From an uncultured Gammaproteobacteria bacterium (GTDB lineage: Bacteria > Pseudomonadota > Gammaproteobacteria > JACCXJ01): a stretch of DNA of 64,000 nt. The notes below the pieces were generated by a model that had not been told where the DNA came from, made no database searches, and saw only the letters and a program-made list of their open reading frames with translations. The position numbers and the translations under genes were made by a program. Each line of letters opens with the position of its first letter. The first letter of the stretch is position 1. Location: assembly GCA_963764725.1 (NCBI GenBank), contig CAVXTM010000018.1, forward strand, positions 224,001-288,000, read 5' to 3'. Positions 57,385-64,000 of this stretch are shown one piece after another.

Positions 57385-59550
57385 TCACACGAGATCGAAG
57401 TCGATGCGCCGGCCATCGAGGTCCACGCGTACGACGCGCACCGATACCTCCGTCGCGATCCGGTAACTGCGTTTACTGTGCTCGCCCCGAAGCTCATGAC
57501 GAAGCGGATCATGATGGTAGTAATCGTTCTTTAAGGAGGTGACGTGCACCAGGCCTTCCACGTAGATGTCCTTGAGCTCGACGAAGAAGCCGAAACCGGT
57601 CACCGCCGTGATGATGCCCGCGTATACTTCGCCGATCTTATCTTGCATGAACTCGCACTTGAGCCACGCCACCGCATCGCGCGTCGCCTCATCGGCGCGC
57701 CGTTCGGTCAGGGTGCAATGGTCTCCGAGGCTTCCCAACTGCTCCGCCCCATAACGGAACTCCTGGGATGGTTTTTTCGCCAGCAGGTGGTGAATCGCGC
57801 GGTGGACCAAGAGGTCCGGATAGCGCCGGATGGGGGAGGTAAAATGGGTGTAGGCGTCATGGGCGAGGCCGAAATGACCGGCGTTCACCGGGCTATAAAC
57901 CGCCAGCCGCAAGCTCCTCAGCATTAGCGTTTGAATCAAATGCGCGTCGGGCCGTCCCGCGGTTTCCGCGAGCAGAGCCGCGTAATCGCGCGGTTCGGGT
58001 TGCGCCCCGCCACCAAGGCTAAGCCCAAGCTCACCGAGAAAGGTGCGCAGATCATCGAGCTTTTCCCGCGCGGGCGGTTCGTGGATGCGGTACAGGCACG
58101 GCAGCCCGCGCTCTTCGAGGAACTCCGCCGCAGCGACATTGGCGGCGATCATGCCTTCTTCGATGAGGCGGTGGGCATCGTTGCGAACCGTGGGGACAAT
58201 ACGCTCGATTTTTCGCGCCGTGTCGAAAATGATCTTGGTTTCCGTGGACTCGAAATCGATGGCCCCACGCTCGTCGCGCCGCCGGCGGAGCTGACGGTAG
58301 AGTGAGTAAAGCTCATCGAGATGCGGTGTCAACGCTCGAAAGCGATTTCGCAACGCGCGTTGACGCTCGGCCACAATGGCATTGACCTCGTGATAGGTCA
58401 AACGCGCGGCCGAGCGCATGACCGCCTTGCGAAATTGATAGGAATGAACACTCCCGCGCGCCCCGACGTCCATTTCGCATACCAGGCACAAGCGATCAAC
58501 CTCCGGATTAAGGGAACAGAGACCGTTCGACAGCGCCTCGGGCAACATCGGGATCACTCGGTCCGGGAAATAAACCGACGTGCCCCGAAGATGAGCCTCG
58601 ACATCGAGCGCCGAGCCTGGTGCGACGTAGTGCGCCACATCTGCGATCGCGACCAGCAGGCGCCAGCCGTGCGCGGTACGCTCGCAATAGACGGCATCAT
58701 CGAAATCGCGCGCGTCCTCCCCATCGATCGTGACCAGAGGCAGCGATCGCAAGTCGAGCCGGCCGGCCCGGTCCCGCGCGCGCACCGTCTTGCCGAGACC
58801 GGCGGTCTCGGCAAGCACTGTCTCGGGCCAGGTATGCGGCAGATCGTAGGCGCGGATGGCGATGTCGATCTCCATGCCGGGCGCCATGTGATTGCCCAGG
58901 ATTTCGCTCACCCGGCCGATCGGCTGACGCCGCCAATCAGGTTGCCGCACGATATCGACCATGACGATCTGACCGTGCTGGGCGCCCGCCGCGGCATCGC
59001 CGGGGATCAAGATATCTTGATGGAAGCGTTTATTGTCGGGGGCGACGAAAGCCACGCCTCCCTCGCTGAAGAAGCGGCCGACCAAACGCTGGTTGGCCCG
59101 TTCCAAAACCTCGACGAGCGCGCCCTCGGTGCGGCCGCGGCGATCCTTGGCGACCACGCGTACCACGGCGCGATCGCCATGGAGCAAGCTGCGCATTTGC
59201 CGGCCGGAGAGGAACACGTCTTCGCCGCCATCTTCGCGCACCAGAAAGCCGTAGCCATCCGGATGAGCCGTCACCCGCCCCGCCAGCAGGTCCATCTTGG
59301 CCACTGGACCGTAGGCTTCCCGGCGATTGAGAATCACTTGCCCTTCGCGTTCCATGGCCTTGAGCCGCCGCGACAGGGCCTGCAATCCCTCCGGCGTGAC
59401 GACCTCGAGATCGCGCGCGATTCGCTTATGCGTCCTCGGCCCGCTGCAATCGCCGAGGTAATGCAAAATTAACTCACGGCTCGGGATCGGCTTTTCATAG
59501 CGCTCGGCCTCCCGTTCCGCGTGGGGATCTTCGATGCGCCGCTTTCTCAT
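57385..59550 (-). CDS. rnr: Ribonuclease R
   Basis: PIPSRE, TIDGEDARDFDDAV, HFTSPIRRYPDL, C-terminal S1 domain. Confidence 0.97.
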   Translation of the reverse strand: MRKRRIEDPHAEREAERYEKPIPSRELILHYLGDCSGPRTHKRIARDLEVVTPEGLQALSRRLKAMEREGQVILNRREAYGPVAKMDLLAGRVTAHPDGYGFLVREDGGEDVFLSGRQMRSLLHGDRAVVRVVAKDRRGRTEGALVEVLERANQRLVGRFFSEGGVAFVAPDNKRFHQDILIPGDAAAGAQHGQIVMVDIVRQPDWRRQPIGRVSEILGNHMAPGMEIDIAIRAYDLPHTWPETVLAETAGLGKTVRARDRAGRLDLRSLPLVTIDGEDARDFDDAVYCERTAHGWRLLVAIADVAHYVAPGSALDVEAHLRGTSVYFPDRVIPMLPEALSNGLCSLNPEVDRLCLVCEMDVGARGSVHSYQFRKAVMRSAARLTYHEVNAIVAERQRALRNRFRALTPHLDELYSLYRQLRRRRDERGAIDFESTETKIIFDTARKIERIVPTVRNDAHRLIEEGMIAANVAAAEFLEERGLPCLYRIHEPPAREKLDDLRTFLGELGLSLGGGAQPEPRDYAALLAETAGRPDAHLIQTLMLRSLRLAVYSPVNAGHFGLAHDAYTHFTSPIRRYPDLLVHRAIHHLLAKKPSQEFRYGAEQLGSLGDHCTLTERRADEATRDAVAWLKCEFMQDKIGEVYAGIITAVTGFGFFVELKDIYVEGLVHVTSLKNDYYHHDPLRHELRGEHSKRSYRIATEVSVRVVRVDLDGRRIDFDLV

Positions 59551-59578
59551 TGACTACCCATTGTGGCTTCGGTAGATT
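59550..59578 (+). promoter_or_regulatory. Putative tRNA-Leu promoter
   Basis: TTGACT-17 nt-TAGATT, overlapping the rnr start codon on the opposite strand. Confidence 0.5.
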
Positions 59579-59590
59579 GCCGACTCCCTC

Positions 59591-59677
59591 GCCGAGGTGG
59601 CGAAATTGGCAGACGCGCAAGGTTCAGGTCCTTGTGGGGGCAACCCCGTGGAGGTTCAAGTCCTCTCCTCGGCACCA
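59591..59677 (+). tRNA. tRNA-Leu (anticodon CAG)
   Basis: GCCGAGG/CCTCGGC acceptor stem with ACCA end; CAAGG-TT-CAG-GT-CCTTG; long variable arm; GGTTCAAGTCC. Confidence 0.95.
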
Positions 59678-59696
59678 TTGTTCTTTAAGCAAATCA

Positions 59697-60998
<1,302 letters not shown>

Positions 60999-61085
60999 CT
61001 AAGCTACGTTATTTCCTACCCATGTAGAACATCGGTCACCTGCCACTGACCGTCTATGCAGTTCAACATCTTGTTACACCCGAGT

Positions 61086-62207
61086 TCAGCGAGCGCCCCC
61101 GGCTTGGCCGGGCAAGGCGTAGACCACGCGCCGGCCGCCTCGCCTTAGGTCCGCGACGGCCGCGGCTAAGCGGACATCTTCCGACCAGGGCGCGAAGACC
61201 GCGTCTTGCACCGCCCCGGCAGCGGCGCCCGAGCCAACCAGCAGTTTCAGATCGGTGCTAAAGCCGGTCGCCGGCCGCGCCCTGCCGAAGACGCGGCCGA
61301 TATCGTCGTACCTGCCGCCCTTCGCGAGGGCCTGGCCCTGACCCGGGACATAGGCCGCGAATATCACGCCGGTATGGTAGTGATAACCGCGCAGTTCCGC
61401 GAGGTCAAAATGCAGCTCGACGGCGGGCGCGCGCTCTGCGAGGAGACGCGCGATTTCCCGCAATTCGGCAAGCGCCTCGATGACGCTCTGGCTTGCACCG
61501 GCGAAGACCTCTCGGGCTTGCACCAAGATCGATTCCTCGCCGTTAAGCGCTGGGAGCGCGCGCATCAACCCGGCGGCCCGCGGGGCGATGCTCCAATCGT
61601 TTAAATAACGGTTGATCTCCGGACAAGCCTTGCGCTGTAAAGCATCGAATAAGGTGCTTTCCTGATCGCGATCAAGCGCGGCCTCCCGCGAGAGGCCGCG
61701 AAAAATGGCCATGTGGCCAAGATCCAAGAGCACCGAATCGAAGCCCGCCTCGGCCAGGGTGTCGAGCATAAGGCACATCACCTCGACATCGCTTTCTAAA
61801 CCCCGATGCCCGTAAAGCTCCGCTCCTATTTGAAAGGGATTACGTGATCCCGCGAAGGAATTCGGCAAGGTATGCAGCACGGGTCCGAGATAGCACAAGC
61901 GCGTGGGCGCATCGCGTCGCAAGCGATGGGCGTCGATACGCGCGACCTGCGGGGTCATGTCCGCCCGCACGCCCATCAGCCGGCCGGTCAGTTGATCGGT
62001 AAGCTTGAAGGTCTGGAGATCCAGATCATGCCCCACCCCCGTCAACAGGGATTCCAAATATTCGATGAGCGGGGGAATGACCAAGTCGTAACCCCAGCTA
62101 TGGAAGAGATCAAGGATCCTGCGGCGTAACGCCTCGAGGCGCTCGGCTTGGGGAGGTAATACCTCATCCACGCCCTCGGGCAGGAGCCAGCGGTCCTCTA
62201 GAACCAT
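61086..62207 (-). CDS. hisZ: ATP phosphoribosyltransferase regulatory subunit; C-terminus probably frameshifted (true stop may be 61016)
   Basis: WLLPEGV, RADMTPQVARIDAH, QIGAELYG, GGRYD, ATGFS. Confidence 0.93.
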   Translation of the reverse strand: MVLEDRWLLPEGVDEVLPPQAERLEALRRRILDLFHSWGYDLVIPPLIEYLESLLTGVGHDLDLQTFKLTDQLTGRLMGVRADMTPQVARIDAHRLRRDAPTRLCYLGPVLHTLPNSFAGSRNPFQIGAELYGHRGLESDVEVMCLMLDTLAEAGFDSVLLDLGHMAIFRGLSREAALDRDQESTLFDALQRKACPEINRYLNDWSIAPRAAGLMRALPALNGEESILVQAREVFAGASQSVIEALAELREIARLLAERAPAVELHFDLAELRGYHYHTGVIFAAYVPGQGQALAKGGRYDDIGRVFGRARPATGFSTDLKLLVGSGAAAGAVQDAVFAPWSEDVRLAAAVADLRRGGRRVVYALPGQAGGAR

Positions 62208-62211
62208 GGGC

Positions 62212-62400
62212 TCAATGAAAACCGACCAGGAGCAAGACGCCGAGCAGCATACAGGTCAGCCCCGCGAAGCGTAGCGTTGCATCGTCTAAGCGGGCCGCCT
62301 GCACCATGAAGCGCCGAAAGGCGTCGGGGTTCAAAAAAGGGGCGATGCCTTCGAGGACCAGCATCAGGCCAAGGGCAACCGCGAATTCTTGCCACATCAC
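62212..62400 (-). CDS. DUF2065 (YjeT-like) small membrane protein
   Basis: ALGLMLVLEGI.PF, LR..GL; canonical position after hflC. Confidence 0.85.
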   Translation of the reverse strand: MMWQEFAVALGLMLVLEGIAPFLNPDAFRRFMVQAARLDDATLRFAGLTCMLLGVLLLVGFH

Positions 62401-62478
62401 AGCGTTAACCGTGCCTTAGCTTGCGCGAACGGTCCGGCGCCGATGGGGGGGGACGGGAGGGGACGGCGAAAGCGGCGC

Positions 62479-63342
62479 TTATGGGCTTGCCGGGCTCTTA
62501 AAATAGTTGAAGAAATCCGACGTCGGATCGAGCAATAAAATATCCTGATTCTTGCCGAAGCTTTTCTTGTAAGCGTTGAGGCTACGGTAAAAGGAATAGA
62601 ACTCTTCATTGCGTCCATAGCCGCCGGCGTAAGTCTCGGCGGATTTGGCGTCTCCCTCGCCGCGGGTCTGTTCTGCTTCCCGGTACGCGTCCGCCAAGAT
62701 CACCGTGCGATCACGGTCCGCGGCGGCGCGAATGCGCTCCGCCGCCTCGGCCCCTTCGGAGCGAAGCTGGCCCGCGACCCGCGCGCGCTCGGCGCGCATG
62801 CGGTCATACACCGCGCTGCTCACGTCGTCGGGAAGGTTGATGCGCTTGGTGCGCACATCCACCACCTTCACCCCGAACTCATGCCCCTTCTCGCGCGCCG
62901 CTTTGGTGACGATGTCGGTGACATCGCCGCGAGTCTCCGCCACGACTTCTTTCACGGTGCGCTTACTGAACTCCTGGCGCAGACTATCGTTTATTTGCTG
63001 AAACAGGAGGTCGCGAGTGAAGGCCTCATCACCCCGGGTGCGTTTAAAGAAGGTTTCCACGTCTTCGATCCTCCACTTAACGAACGCATCGACGATGAGG
63101 AATTTTTTCTCCTTGGTGATGAACCGCGCCGGCTCGGATTCTAAATACATCAAACGCCTCGGGAATCTACGCACCGTATTCACCACCGGGATCATGAAAT
63201 GCAATCCGGGCTCGAAATCCGAACGCTGTATTTCCTCGAACTTGAAAAGAATCGCAAACTCCCGCTGGTCCAAGGTGAAAAGCGAGAACCACCCTATAAT
63301 CGCAATCAACACCAGCGGTACTATAATCTTAGCGTCAAGCAT
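62479..63342 (-). CDS. hflC: Protease modulator HflC
   Basis: PGLHF..P, VD.FVKWRI, VYDRMRAER, FYRSL.AY. Confidence 0.95.
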   Translation of the reverse strand: MLDAKIIVPLVLIAIIGWFSLFTLDQREFAILFKFEEIQRSDFEPGLHFMIPVVNTVRRFPRRLMYLESEPARFITKEKKFLIVDAFVKWRIEDVETFFKRTRGDEAFTRDLLFQQINDSLRQEFSKRTVKEVVAETRGDVTDIVTKAAREKGHEFGVKVVDVRTKRINLPDDVSSAVYDRMRAERARVAGQLRSEGAEAAERIRAAADRDRTVILADAYREAEQTRGEGDAKSAETYAGGYGRNEEFYSFYRSLNAYKKSFGKNQDILLLDPTSDFFNYFKSPASP

Positions 63343-64000
63343 TAACGTGTCCTGCGGATCCGCCGTTCATCCCGTTCCGGCAGCTCCCGCTCGGAGACCA
63401 AAGGCTCGGGCTCCGGGAGCGCGTTCGATTCCGTCACAACGGCAGGAGAATTTAAACGCTCTCGATGCTCGAATAGTTTATCGAGCGGTAAATAGACGAG
63501 GTTATTACCGCCTTCGGTATCCAATAACACCTTCGGGGCGTTCGAGAGCACCGATTCCATGGCATCGAGATACAAGCGCTCTCGGGTGATCTGGGGCGCT
63601 TTTTCGTATTCCACCAAGAGCTGTACGAAGCGGCTGGCGTCGCCTTCGGCCTCGGCGATCACCCTCGCCTTATAGGCGTGCGAATCCGCCAACACGCGGG
63701 CTGCGCTGCCGCGCGCCTTGGGGATGATGTCATTACGATAGGTCTCGGCTTCGTTGATCTGACGTTGTTCATCCTCGCGTGCTTTGATGGCGTCGTCAAA
63801 GGCGCTCTTGACCTCCTCGGGGGGTTTCGCCGCTTGCATGTTGACGCTGGTGACTACCATCCCTGCCTGATAAGTATCCAGTAGACTTTGGATATCGACT
63901 TGTATTTGGTTTGCTACCGCGCCGCGCCCCTCGGTGAGCACGAAATCCATGTTGTTCTTGCCGATGACCGCGCGTATCATGCTCTCCGTCGCCTGCTCGA
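63342..64000 (-). CDS. hflK: Protease modulator HflK (5' part outside the window)
   Basis: PPEEVKSAFDDAIKARED, APQITRERLYL, YLPLDKL. Confidence 0.93.
   Translation of the reverse strand, partial: EQATESMIRAVIGKNNMDFVLTEGRGAVANQIQVDIQSLLDTYQAGMVVTSVNMQAAKPPEEVKSAFDDAIKAREDEQRQINEAETYRNDIIPKARGSAARVLADSHAYKARVIAEAEGDASRFVQLLVEYEKAPQITRERLYLDAMESVLSNAPKVLLDTEGGNNLVYLPLDKLFEHRERLNSPAVVTESNALPEPEPLVSERELPERDERRIRRTR

Overview
GC-rich gammaproteobacterial chromosome segment, most plausibly from a methanotroph: the pmoC-A-B order and PmoA sequence look intermediate between Methylococcaceae pMMO and Nitrosococcus AMO, i.e. USC-gamma-like (inference). The left backbone carries pstC/pstS with a Pho box, ppk1, sohB, a CDF transporter, pmoCAB plus pmoD, a frameshifted alpha/beta-hydrolase-NACHT gene with a GT4 gene, an outer-membrane barrel, pntAB, a two-domain multicopper oxidase with a cupredoxin, panBCD, folK, pcnB and tRNA-Glu. 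A ~27 kb accessory region lies between tRNA-Glu and rlmB. It holds a compact sterol-biosynthesis operon: SdmB-like SDR, SdmA-like Rieske oxygenase, ERG24-type reductase, CYP51 and a single-chain squalene epoxidase-oxidosqualene cyclase fusion with non-canonical active-site residues. A convergent DHCR24 is separated from this operon by mobile debris: IS1111 remnant, decayed attC cassette, REP/RAYT, a TA pair and an unclassified transposon split by IS256. Further on are a redoxin-heme c-Cu-monooxygenase gene, an ECF sigma/cupin pair and TetR-RND efflux genes. The right backbone is rlmB, rnr, tRNA-Leu, purA, hisZ and hflCK. No CRISPR array or rRNA was seen. All calls come from motif recognition by eye; no searches were run.
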